This document shows positions 1 through 12,333 of a stretch of DNA of 64,000 nucleotides, piece by piece. Each line of letters begins with the position of its first letter. Within the stretch, counting starts at the first letter, position 1. The notes beneath the pieces are model-generated. The model did not search any database and was not told the origin of the DNA. It saw only the letters and a list, made by a program, of their open reading frames with translations. Source of the stretch: Callorhinchus milii (lineage: Eukaryota). The stretch spans positions 103,914,001 through 103,978,000 of the forward strand of contig NW_024704742.1 in the NCBI RefSeq assembly GCF_018977255.1, given 5' to 3'. A program made the position numbers and the translations under genes.

Positions 1-274
1 ACCTTACTCTACCTATTGCAAACGTTTCCAGTAGTATACTTATTAAACCATTAGATCGCTTCTAAAAACTTCAAACGTTTTGCACAAAAAATATACAGTA
101 TATTCTGTGAGGTGCTTTGAGACGTCTCGAAGACATAATAAGGCCCTATATCAAATGCAAGTATTATTATTATTATTAGCCACTTTCTCTCCCTGCATTG
201 AAAAGTTCAAACCACATCCTTTAAATCAGTAATAATAATCCTTGCTTTTGATATAACTTCAGAATTCTGAACTC

Positions 275-1030
275 AACAATAACTTAAATTTATATAGCAC
301 TTCTCACACAGGGTAACGTCTCAGATCACTTGGCAGTAATGGATCCTGCCCCAAGCCAGGGGGTGGTGGGTGTGACTGCAAACATAGTCAAATAGGAAGG
401 TCTTCAGGCATGAACTGAAGATAGGAAGGAGGGGGCAGGCAGAGAGATTGAGTGAGTGTTCCAGGGCATAGTGGCTGAAAGTGCAGTAGCCAATGATGGA
501 ACGGAGGGCATCAGGGACAAGCAGGAAGCCAAAGCCAGTCAAGCAAAGGCAATGGGTTGTGGATTGGGGTGTAAACAGGTCAGAGAGGAAGGTTGCTGCC
601 TGGACATTTGGGGACTTGAAGACAAACATGAGGATTTTTAAATCAATCCGTTCGGCGATAGGAAGCCAGTGGAGCCTGGCAAGAACTGGTGTGATGCACT
701 ACGGAGTTTAGTGCGAGTGAGTAGTTCTGCATTAACTCGATTTTGTGGATAGCGGAGCTGGGGAGACCAGCGAGGCGGGATGTGAAGGAGGTGGAGAAAA
801 TGTTCCTGGTCGAATCTGGGGTAGGAAGGATATTTCTGGGTCAAACCTGACGCCTATGTTGCGACAGGTGTGTCGGTGAGTCTGAGGGATAGGCCGGGAA
901 GGTTGAGAAAGTCAGAGCCACAGGGAGAAGATGTTGACAGGAGCCAAGGAGTATGGTTTCCATTTTGTCAACATTCATCTGCAGAAAAATTGCATTCATC
1001 CAGGCTCTGATGTCCGTCAACTCAGTCTAG
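275..1030 (-). mobile_element. Old degenerate L2 LINE 3' fragment
   Basis: Reverse tail acaataacttaaatttatatagcac; decayed matches to the L2 ORF2 3' region (gaagccagtggagcctggc). Confidence 0.7.
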
Positions 1031-3417
1031 GCTGATTCGGTACAGTGTTGGGGTAGCATTGAAGTGTTGGAGGAGTGCTAAAGTGCCAGTGGTGGGATCC
1101 TTTGGATGAGACATTAAACTAACATTCTACTGTCTGTTAACTGGATGTTAAAATCCCAAGGCACGACCCGTCTCCTGGTATTCCAGCCAACAATCCCGCA
1201 GATAGTAATGTATATTTATTATAATAGAATAAGACACCAACAATTTTTCCATATCTTTTGGTCCTGGATCCAAAGTTCAAAATACTTGGCCTGAATGTAA
1301 AAAAATAGGTCACAGTATCAAATACTGCCTTGATTCAAGCATTCTTTTCCACCTCTGAACCATGCCAAATAATCAACCTTCATTGACAAACAGGACTACC
1401 ATCACACACTACTTGGATATGAAAGTTTCTGGGAACCAACCAAAGTGTCTTGCCAAATACAACTACAATAACTTGCATTCATATACCCTTCACATCGTGT
1501 AGCATCTCAAAGCACTCAACAATTACAGAACTCACCTCACCTAAATACTCAGTCACTACAGTAAATCTTGTGAAGAAGCTATTTAAGAAATGAAAGATAC
1601 TATAATCAAATACAAGGATTATTATTACAAACAGCAGACCCTGTGCACTAAAGTAAATGTTAGTTTGTTGTTCAGAAAGGAATGAAAGCCTGCCTCATCT
1701 TATAATATTATTATTATAGGTTTGAGTACATCTCTCTTACGGACAGACACACAAATATAAACACAGTGTACCTTAAATTTCAGTCTGTTTATTTTGTCTG
1801 AAAAAAAACACAGATGAAATATAAGAACAGGTCAGATCATCAGTCTTGTGCTTGGTAGGCTTACAGTGACCTCTTCTGGAGAACTATAACACTTGTTTTA
1901 TTCAATTTTTAACCTTGTAATAATAGTAAGTATCAGGGTTGGACATTATAATTAATATTTTCAAACTTTGTCTCCATAATTAAAGTGTTTCTATATTTTA
2001 AACTAAATGCAATTTTTATTGTTAATACCGTATGCTGTTTGTAAAACAAAATTATATCCATAAATTGTACCATTCTGCATGTTCTGGGGTTGATCCAATT
2101 TAATAATCCTATTTGATATAAAGCCGAGACTTTTAAACGTCTCAAAGTGCTTCACAGTGTTTCTGTAAAGTGCGGTGACTATTTGTAGGGCAATATGGCA
2201 GCTAAGTTGCAAGCAGATGAACAGGAGTCGGCCATTCAGCCCCTTGAGCCTGTTCGGACATTCTATTAGATGTTGGCTGATCTACACTCAACTCTAATTA
2301 TCTGCCTTTGCCCCATATCCCTTGATACCTTTACCTAACAAAGATCTATCTACCTCAGTCTTGAAAATTTGAATGGATCCAGCAGCAACAATGTCCCACA
2401 AACAACCAATTATGAATGACCAATATCTAGAGGATTCTTGGCAGGAGAAACTTCCATCTCTTTTTGACTAGTACCATGGGGGCTCTTAAGATCCACCTGA
2501 ACAGACAGGCAGGACCTCATTCCAACATCTCATCCCAAAACACAATAACTGTTAATGCATCACTCCCCCTGCACTTCATTGGAATCTCCACCTACACTGA
2601 GCAGGAAGTCCAGAGGTGTGGGGCTTGAACTAACAACCTTCTGATTCAGGGGAGGAGCAACACCTTGCTCAACTATAGATACAGCTAAAAATTCATATAG
2701 AACTTTTTATGCTCAGAAGACATCTCAAAACATTTCACGGAATCATCTGGGAGCCCAATTGGTCTGAAAACGATCAAACAGAAACATTTTGATGGGAGAT
2801 TTTGAAGGTGAGGAGGGAGGGGGGCGAGGGTGGTGCTCCAGAACAGATTAAAGCTCACCTACCAAATTGGTGGTGGGGGTGGTCAGCAATTGACAAGAAA
2901 CCAGTTGTTCAATCATCAAAGGAAGCGACCAGGGTTGAGAATTGCAGGTCATCACAGAGGTAGGATGGCAAGACAGTGCAGGGGTTTAAAAGAGGACAAA
3001 GATTTTGATCCATTGGAGGATGGGGAGTCAGTGAAGGTGAGCAAGGGTCGGAGTCATGAACTCAGAGCCTGACTCTGCCCCCTCCCCCAGCTCAGAGTCA
3101 GGCTCCACCACTGTTAAACGCTCTGAGCCACTACCCTGCATGGAGGGCACTATATAAGTGCAAGTTGTTGTTGTTGAGTTCTGGATGTCAAACAAACAGT
3201 AAAAGGATTTGATAAAGCATTTTCATGTTGGGAGGATGCCTGAGCTTTTCACAGGATATCCTGTAAAGTGCAGCAACTGTACTATATTTTGTGGGCAAAT
3301 GTGGCAGCCAAATTGCACACAACAGTATCCCTCAAACAGCCATGAAGTAATTGATTACTTTTATTAAGAGAATTCTTGGCCAAGCCTCTTTAAGAAACCC
3401 CTTTTCTCTTTTCGAAA

Positions 3418-5056
3418 GATGGGGTCAACTTCCACATGTATGTGGATGACACCCAACTCTATCATTCTGCCTCTACCCTCAACTCCAAGACCACTGCTGT
3501 CCTGACAGACTGTCGGACATCAAGTCCTGGATGAGGGCAAATTTCCTACAGTTGAATGTGAACAAGACTGAGGCCCTCCTGATTGGCTCGCGCCAGCGCC
3601 TCAGCACCAGTTCAGTTCCCACCCCCTAAAAACAGCCGCTATCACCCCCATCCTGAAAAAACCTTCCCTGGATCCATTCCTCCTCTCCAGCTACCGCCCC
3701 ATCTCTAATCTTCCATTCCTCTCCAAGGTCCTGGAACGAATCATCACGTCCCAGCTCCTTTCCTTTCTCTCCCGCCATTCTCTCTTTGAACCCGTTCAAT
3801 CCGGCTTCCGCGCTGCCCACAGCACGAAAACAGCGCTGGTCAAAGTCACTAATCACATTCTGAATATCTGTGATCAGGGCTCCCTCTGCCTCCTTGTTGT
3901 CCTAGACCTCTCTGCCATCTTCGACACTGTCGACCACTCCGTCCTCATACATCGCCTCTCCTCTTTACTCAAATCTTCACGAATCTGCACTTGCCTGGTT
4001 TGATTCTTATCTCTCTCACCATCTCCACTTCGTTGCCTCTAACAGTTTCTCCTCCAGCCCCTGCACTGTCACATCTGGCGTCCCCCCAGGGCTCCGTCCT
4101 TGGCCCTCTCCTTTAATATCTACATGCTCCCCCTTGGTGACATCATCCGCAGACATGCTCAACTCCAGGACCACTGCTGTCCTGACAGACTGTCTGTCGG
4201 ACATCAAGTCCTGGATGAGGGCAAATTTCCTACAGTTGAATGTGAACAAGACTGAGGCCCTCCTGATTGGCTCGCGCCAGCGCCTCAGCACCTCAGGCTC
4301 TGGCAGCATCAACCTCCATGGTTGCACACTACAACTCACCAGCCAGTCAGGAGCCTCGGTGTCTTGTTCGACCCTCAACTGCCTTTTCTTCTTCACATCC
4401 AAGCCATGACCCGCTCTGCCTTCCCTCACCTCCGTAACATCAACCGACTTACCCTTCAGGCCCCTGAAACTCTTGTTCATGCCTTCATCACCTCCAGGCT
4501 CGACTATGCAAACGCCCTGCTTGTCGGCCTTCCCGACTCCTCCCTCCACAGGCTGCAGGTAATCCAAAACTCTGCAGCCCGTGTCCTCTCCCGCACCAAA
4601 CTCCGTGACCCCATCTCCCCCACTCTCACCCGACTCCCTATCCTTCAGAGGATCCAGTTCAAGATCCTGGTCCTCACCTACAAAGCCCTCCATGGCCTCG
4701 CCCTATCCTACCTCTCTGACCTCCTAACCCCCTACCAACCCACCCGTTCCCTTCGCTCAGCTGGCTCCAGCCTGCTCCACATCCCCCGACCCACCGGTCC
4801 CACCATTGGCGGGAGAGCCTTCAGCGACTCTGCCCCCAACCTCTGGAATTCCATCCCCCAGTCACTCACCCCCCGCTCCTTAGCCTCCTTCAAGTCCCAC
4901 CTCAAGACCGTCCTCTTCGACCATGCCATCGGCCACCCCCCTTCCCCTCCCCCTCCCTGACCCCAGCTTGGGTCTGAAATGCTGTACACTGTCCAGCACC
5001 TTGGGATGTCCTCCCAACGTGAACGGTGCTATGCAAATGTAATCTTATTGTTGTTC
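3418..5056 (+). mobile_element. L2 LINE fragment (RT and 3' end), internally rearranged
   Basis: RT motifs, SRLDYANALLVGLP and IQFKILVLTYKALHGLA; (TTG)n tail. Confidence 0.9.
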
Positions 5057-5191
5057 AAACAGTGCCATAGAATCTCTAAAATCCAGCTGATCGAGCAGAC
5101 TGGACCTCAGTTTAATGTCTCATCCAAAGTTGCCTCCGAGAACACAGCGCTGTATTGGAGTGTCAACATAGACTGAGTTCCACATCCTGAC

Positions 5192-5660
5192 ATACAATAC
5201 AAAATTACATTTGTAAGAGCGCCTTTCATGTCGGGAGGTCATCCCAAGCCCCAGGATAGTCAGGGATTTGGACCCGAGTGGGGGGACTGGTTGGGATCAG
5301 GGGGGGTGGAGGGCAAGAGGGTGGCCAAAGGCTTGGTCGAAGAGGAGGGTCTTGAGACATACCTTGAAGGAGGCAAGGGAGGGAGCGAGGCAAAGGGAAT
5401 GTGGGATGGTGTTCCAAAGTGTGGGGGCAGAGAGGCTGATGTCCCGACCGCCGATTGTGGGGTGGACCAGGTGGGGGATGTGGAGCAGGCCGGAGCCTGC
5501 TGAGTGGAGGGAAGGGACAGATTGGTAAGGGGTAGGCAGGTCACAAAGGTAGGAAGGAGCAAGGCCATGGAGGGCCTTGAAGGTGAGGTCAAAGATCTTG
5601 AACTCTGTCTTCTGAGGGATGAGGAGCCAGTGGAGCCAGGCAAAGGTGGGGGTGACATAG
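5192..5660 (-). mobile_element. L2 LINE 3' fragment
   Basis: ORF 5297..5674 encodes LHWL..EFKI..LTFKALHGLAPSYLCDL; reverse-complement L2 tail. Confidence 0.88.
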
Positions 5661-5915
5661 GGCTTGAACCACAACCTTCTGTCTCAGAGGTGAAACTGCT
5701 ACGTTCGAGTGGTAGCAATATATTTTCACTTGAGACTACAGTTCTACATTGCTCCTTTCAAGCAGGATTCTTTCTTAAAAATGCTGCACACATACATTTC
5801 AGATATTGTAAATCGATCACTAATCATAAAAAGGGATTCTTTCAGAGATTGAGATGCACTCTCAAACTTGCAAACAATTTTTAATATGGTAACTAAACAT
5901 TTCTAATTTACCTTT

Positions 5916-7032
5916 CACACCACCTCTACTTCGTCACGGCAAACGGCTTCTCTTCCAGCCCCCGCACTGTCTCGTGTACAGTTCCTCGGGGCTCTGTCCT
6001 CGGTCCCCTCCTCTTCACCCTCTACATGCTTCCCCTTGGTGACGTCATCCGCAGACATGGGGTAAATTTCCACATGTATACGGATGACACCCAACTCTCT
6101 CTCTCTGCCTCCACCCTGAACTCCAGGACTACTGGCGTCCTGACCTACTGCCTGTCCAACATCAAGTCCTGGACTTGGGCCAACTTTCTCCAACTCAACG
6201 TCAGCAAGACTGAGGCCCTCCTGATTGGCTCGCGCCAGCGCCTCCGCACCTCAGCCTCCGTGGCTGCACACTCAACCTCACTGAGCCAGTCAGGAACCTG
6301 GGTATCTTGTTTGACCCTGATTAATTCTTTCTCCCCCACATCCGCGCCATGACCGGCATTGCCTACCACGACCTCCGCAACATTGCCAGACTCTACCACT
6401 GCCTCACCCCTCAGGCTGCCAAAACCCTCACCCACGCATTTGTCAGCTCAAGGCTTGATTATGGGAACTCCCTCCTCATCGGCCTTCCCAACTCTTCCCT
6501 TCACAAGCTGCAGATCATCCAAAACTGCAGCTCGTGTACTCACGCACCAGGCTCCGTGACCCCATCACTCCCACCCTCGCCCGACTCCACTGGCTCCCCA
6601 TCCCCCAGAGGATTGAGTTCAAGATCCTCATCCTCACCTTTAAGGCCATCCATGGCCTTGCCCCCTCCTACCTCTCTGACCTGCTGACTCCCTACCAACC
6701 TGCCCGCTCCCTCCGTTCATTGGGCTCCGGACTGCTCCATGTCTTCCACCCGACTCGCCCTACCATCCGTGGCCGGGCTTTCAGCCTCTCTGCCCCCACA
6801 CTCTGGAACTCCATCCCACGTCCCTTCACCTCACTTCCTCCCTTGCCTCCTTCAAGGCCGGTCTCAAGACCCTTCTCTTCGATCGTGCCTTTGGTCTCCC
6901 TCCCACCTCCCTGCCTTCCCTCACCCCTACACCATCCCTCCCCCATGCTCGGGCACCGACACCTGACTGTTCAACGCTTTGGGCCGTCCTCCTGCCGTGA
7001 AAGGCGCTCTATAAATGTAATTTTGTTGTTGT
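5916..7032 (+). mobile_element. L2 LINE 3' ~1.1 kb fragment
   Basis: [20 protein letters not shown] and LHWLPIPQRIEFKIL motifs; (TTG)n tail. Confidence 0.9.
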
Positions 7033-8789
7033 TTTATACATAACCTTTTGAGCTCCACAGAAGTTGTCTCACAATACACACTTGGAAAGTCAAGCTGGGC
7101 AAAATATTATAACCCACAATGTGAAATTACAAGTGAGTACACATTTCTTGTACATTTGAACAGGCTCAAAATGTTTGTTGGGCTCAATTTTTTACAAAAG
7201 TGAATTGCAACATCTAGAATAAATGAGTGGAACTTTTAATTAAAGCAGAAATTAACATGAGGGTAATTACAAAATAAAATGCGCAATGTTTGAGAGCAAA
7301 GAATGTAACTTAAGAGGAACTGAACCCCTAAACACATAATTTAAAATTGACAATCATCATTGCATTGGATCACACTATCTAGATATAAAACAACAGTGTC
7401 AAAGGAATTATATACATTTAGTTCTACTGTACACAGATTTTTATAAAATCCATGTGATTAAAACTTTACATTAGAGCAGCACACTTTTGCTTCTACATTC
7501 ACCTGTTTATGAGAGGCGTTATACAAATGTAATTTGTTGTTGAGGTGCCTTGTTCTAATCTTAAAACCTTCAAGTTTGAAAAAAAAGTTTGACATGTTAA
7601 GCAGTGATTTAGTTGCTGAACAGCTGCGGCATTACTGTACATGTCCGCTTATATTTTAATAGGTTTTGTTAATGTCTGTTTGTCAAATACTTGTTCACAT
7701 TTCTGTTTACATGCAACCCTTAGAATATGGAATCAGTAGATTTCAAATATTTAATGCAAACTGTGCAAGACTAAACAGTAGAGAAATGTATAGAACCACA
7801 GACCATTTAATTTACAGTATTCAAAAAGGAACACTTTAAATTAACCTCAATTGGATTGAGTTTTTAAACAATTACCTGATTACACTCAGTCCTTTAAAAT
7901 GGTGTTAAATCTGCCTCAATTGGCCGCAGCTTTTGATTACTCTCGTGATTCCTGGGAAAAATATGTATGGAGCAACAGGATTAATCTCAAGTGTAATATC
8001 CTATGATCACATACTCCATTGACATTCACTATCCAGGCTCACAAGTGGAAGATGATACTTAAGTGAAGTAGTGAGTGATAGCTGGTACCTGTGGAACTGT
8101 ACTCCAACAAACTCCTCTTCAAGAGAGAGAGGCTTATATTTACCAAAAGGAAATAGGATATGAAGTGTAAAAAAACAAAATGTACAAACAACAACGTAAA
8201 ACAAGTAAAATTAATATAGTCAAAAGGAGACAAGGTGGGGAGAAATCCTTGGACACAAAGCTTTGATGTTTCTGCTTGGATAATAATAATCCTTGCATTT
8301 AATATAGCGCCTTATCACAGCTCAAAGCGCTTCACAGGGTATACTATATATATTCTATATATCCACATACACTGGGATAAACAAAAATACCAACTTCTTT
8401 TAGTACAATGAACTCCTAGCATTTTACAATCCACAGCCGGAAAAGTGGAAATAGACATTGAAATCCAAGAAGCCAAAACAACAACTGATGTGATCAATAA
8501 ATTCTTAACGGTCCTGTAGCTGGTTCCAATTTCAAGGCTGGAAGTTGGGGCATTGTTGGTTGTAATAAAGAGACCTCTCTTCTACATTGAGTCTATACTC
8601 TGTAGAATTTGCTTGGTGGTCAAAATGGAATAAACCTATCCATTCACTAGTATGCTCTCTCGTTTAGAGCAGATCGGAGCTATTGTTATATCACATAACA
8701 AGTAATTATAAAATAGCAGAGGCAACCCACCCTCCTATTGGTTGTGGACTGGTGAGCAAGACAAATCTTGTTTCCATTTCAGTAATATC

Positions 8790-11700
8790 TTTTTATTTTA
8801 ATTTAATGGTCAACTAAATACAGTAGCAATGTTAAAAACAAAAAGTGACTTTAACACTCGAAACAGATTTCAATAAAATAGAAGAAAGGCATCAGAATAT
8901 CTTTATACTGAATTGCTTTATTCAATCTTTCTGTGAAGCAAACATTTGTGTGTGAAAGATATTCATTTTGCTGGAATAAAATGTTTCCATTAATATAGCC
9001 AATTAATTGGCATGTAGGCTATGATATTATATTTCAACAACACTGAGTATCAAGTCAATATGTTTCTGAACATTTTTTCATTAATAGGCACAATTTGAAG
9101 GTAATACAGGCATTCAGTTTTCAAAAGTTTAATCTAATGCCAGTATGAAAGAAAACTTTGAGCCTATCATGATACTGGTTTATCAGTATAAACTATTGCA
9201 ATACAGAAACTACAGTAAAATCTTGATAACTTGTCATTCAAGGGAAAAGGGTTCGGGAGTGACAGGTTAGGCATAGGTATAAACACATGAATAAATGTGG
9301 TTGGGATATTGAGAGCATTATGATTCAATGATAGTGACGAGTTAGGTCAGGGTCAAATTATCAGGAGTTTACTGTAGTATAAAGTGTTGCACAATGAACT
9401 CTGTTGCACAATGTCTGAAACACTTGTTAAGTTTGTCACAATATAATTTGTTTAATGCAAATATGCACAGGTCAATCTATGTTGAACAAGTCCTCATAAC
9501 AAATTATTGAAACTGGTGAAACATCAGATGTTTAGCATACAAATAAACTATAGAGGATAGTGGGAAGAAAATATGAACAGGGTGAAATCATTTAACACTT
9601 TACAATCCCTTGTTATCCCACCTTTCTAATACATCAATATTTGGGGCATTAAAAGTTAAAATATAGCAGTATCTAAATATTGTGCAGTTCAATACTACTA
9701 GCCCAATTTCAAAGCATCTTTTCAGCTCGATTGCAAGGTTTGACAAAAAATGGTTCCTTTGTTCAACCTGCATCAACTCACCAGATTTTCCATTTTTTTT
9801 AAGTTTACATTTTTTTTTAAAAAAGTTCCCTGTTTTTAGATGCTAAAATGTAGGACCTGTTTTTTTTTATAGTACATTTCATCCAACTGAACAGTGCAAC
9901 ATTATGGTCTTCTCCTCTCCCCTCTAAAGCTTGACTTTTTTTTCCTTTATCTTGGCCCAATTCCATAAGCACTTGCCACCTCACCCAAGTTGTCACTCAC
10001 CAGGTGTGAGCCACCAGTGAGCAGTCCAATACAGTTCTCAACTAACACCTAAATGTTAGGATGCACCTCCTGCAGAAGATAGGTTATAGGATAGTGATCA
10101 AAATTCTTGCATTATTTGCCTCTCCCTAACAAAGGGAACACTGAACCTTCCCACTATTTACGGCTTAATTATTCACTAGGTGAACTCAGTGAGTCAATGG
10201 GGGAAGTTATTTCTATTGTAACCACTAATGGATCATTTTCTGAGCCCAGAACATTCTATCATTGCTAACAGAATATTTTTCCACTCTGAACTCTTTTGCA
10301 AAAGATGCAGATGAACATGCAATGAGAAATGCAGAAGAAACATGTTCAGCATTCAAGATACGTGGTCAAGATTTTAAACATTTTTCACAAGCTCTTTTTG
10401 GAGACATTAGTTAAGTTTGCAGCCAATAACAACTTAATCTTGAAATATTTTCTAAAACTGGGTGCATTTGGCTCACCTATATGTACTTTAATGTTACACT
10501 GAGGCAAAGGCAACAAATCACTATTTGCATTAGTGATCTTTCTGATTTAATTTCTAAAAAGGTGAACAAGTTCACAGTAATCCACATTTTTCGCAATAGT
10601 TGTACATTTTGTACTTGGAACTTCTACAGTACTAATTAAAATAATCAAATTGAGGTCATACAGGTTAATTTCCTCTTTCTCATGAAAGGAGATCAAGGGT
10701 TTGTGCATCCATAAGGTAAAAATCAATGGAGGAGAGCACACAATCACACTACCCATTTCCATTCTCTTTAAATTACACACTAGTAGACAAAGCAATAGTA
10801 GTTGTGTATAGTGATCTCTTGTAGACTAAGGTTGATGGTAATTTAGTCCATAAATAATCACATCTCAGACTTAAAACTAAATCAACAAAAGTAGAGGGTC
10901 ATTGTGTATGAGTACTATTGCAGTAAATGCATCACTGAGCTATTTTTCTTTTTTAAAAAATCATATTGGATTACATCAGGGAATAGTCTATTAAAATCCA
11001 ATGTCTCAAATTGGCTAATTTGTAGCAAAGTCTTCAAATGACACATTTTAAAGCCAACACGTGGTAAAAATGGATTTAAAAACTAAATTGAGTCCATTCT
11101 CATATTCCAACCATCCATCTAATAATGGATTTGCTGATAAAATTGAGTTTATTCCATAAATAGAGGCTTCTTTGTGTGAATCAAAACATGAATGAATGAC
11201 TTTGCTTCAAAATCTGCCATCTCTCTCCAATTAGAAAATAGAACTTATGCATTCAAAGTCTATCATGCTAATGTATGACTCAATATAAAATAAACTTCCA
11301 TGAAACTGTGCTGAAAGTACTCACATTGTGATGCAATTATTTGACATTAAATAAGTAATGTGCTTGAAAACACCCAGAAGTGAAAACAAAGATCATTAAA
11401 CTTAATCTTCAAAACATCTGGTTATAATAGTAATAGTGAAGACTGTTCTAAAGCCTTTAAAATATTTTTAATGCATGAACACAAAAGTAAAACACCTGCC
11501 ATTTGGTACTTGTATCACTACCTCAAGAGGCAAGATTCATTAACCTGCAAAAAAAGCTTCTTTGTTTAAAAAAGTTTGAAGCTGAAACAATCCATTCTGG
11601 CCTGCCTTTCCAATTACATGTTTCATACAGTATAATGTTTCTGCATTCAGCAGAAAAAGCTGTGTCCAAGCTAAAACAATTAAGGAAAAAAAGGGATGAA

Positions 11701-11991
11701 AATAATCTCTCCAGTATACAACAGTATTAAAAAAACATGGAAAATAGATCAATTCTAAATACTGAAAAAGTACTTTTGTGTACAAAGGCTAAGTTGCATT
11801 AACCGTGCAAGAACACATTTGACCTCATCAGACACACTTCTGCAGATTTTTTAAAAAATCCCCCCCTCTGCTTGTTGAACCTCTATGTCTTTAAACACCT
11901 GAGAAAGGAAAGGTCTATTTCTCCACTGATCTTACAGCTTGTACCACGAGACCCTCTGATCCCTCCGTATCAAAGCCAGAAAGGCATTCCG
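8790..11991 (-). other. DCP2: Putative long DCP2 3' UTR with candidate poly(A) signals
   Basis: AT-rich and poor in young repeats downstream of the stop codon. Minus-strand AATAAA at 11148-11153, 8917-8922 and 8792-8797; the 8917 signal is followed by a U/GU-rich tract. The true end cannot be determined from sequence. Confidence 0.5.
9213..9374. mobile_element. Tc1/mariner (pogo/Tigger-like) MITE
   Basis: Imperfect TIRs CAGTAAAATCTTGATAA ... TTATCAGGAGTTTACTG, flanked by TA on both sides (9211-9212 and 9375-9376). Confidence 0.7.
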
Positions 11992-12167
11992 TCATAGGTC
12001 AAAGCATTTCATAATTGCATCTCGATCAAACTTGAAGCTGAGGAAGGCAGTCGATGAGAAACTGAAGTCAGAGTTTCCATTGCTGGAATCTGAGAGGTCA
12101 GAACCAGATCTGCATGTCCCAGTAATGTCTAAAAGCTGATTAGAGCTGCACAGCTCACAAACTGCAT
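11992..12167 (-). CDS. DCP2: DCP2 exon 11, last coding exon (...FSFSSTAFLSFKFDRDAIMKCFDL*)
   Basis: gttcag| acceptor; TGA at 11992-11994; conserved Phe-rich C-terminal motif AFLSFKFD..AIMK..DL. Confidence 0.94.
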
Positions 12168-12281
12168 CTGAACGTGAGAAAAAGGATAATCAGAGATGTC
12201 ATTAAAAGCAGGTTACAAATTTCTACAATATCAAATGTTGCACAGATAAAAAAAAATATACATATTTGAAGTTGAACTTAC

Positions 12282-12333
12282 CAGTTTCAAAATTGTCCTG
12301 AAGTCGCCTTGGCTGAAGCTTTTTATCAGATTT
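12282..12333 (-). CDS. DCP2: DCP2 exon 10 (KSDKKLQPRRLQDNFET-D)
   Basis: tttgtag| acceptor and G|gtaagt donor; 52 nt; matches human KCEKKLHPRKLQDNFETD. Confidence 0.94.

Noticed and set aside
1..8700. MCC terminal exons expected from synteny
   Set aside because: No MCC-like coding sequence recognised; plus-strand AATAAA motifs near 8562 and 8628 are insufficient alone.
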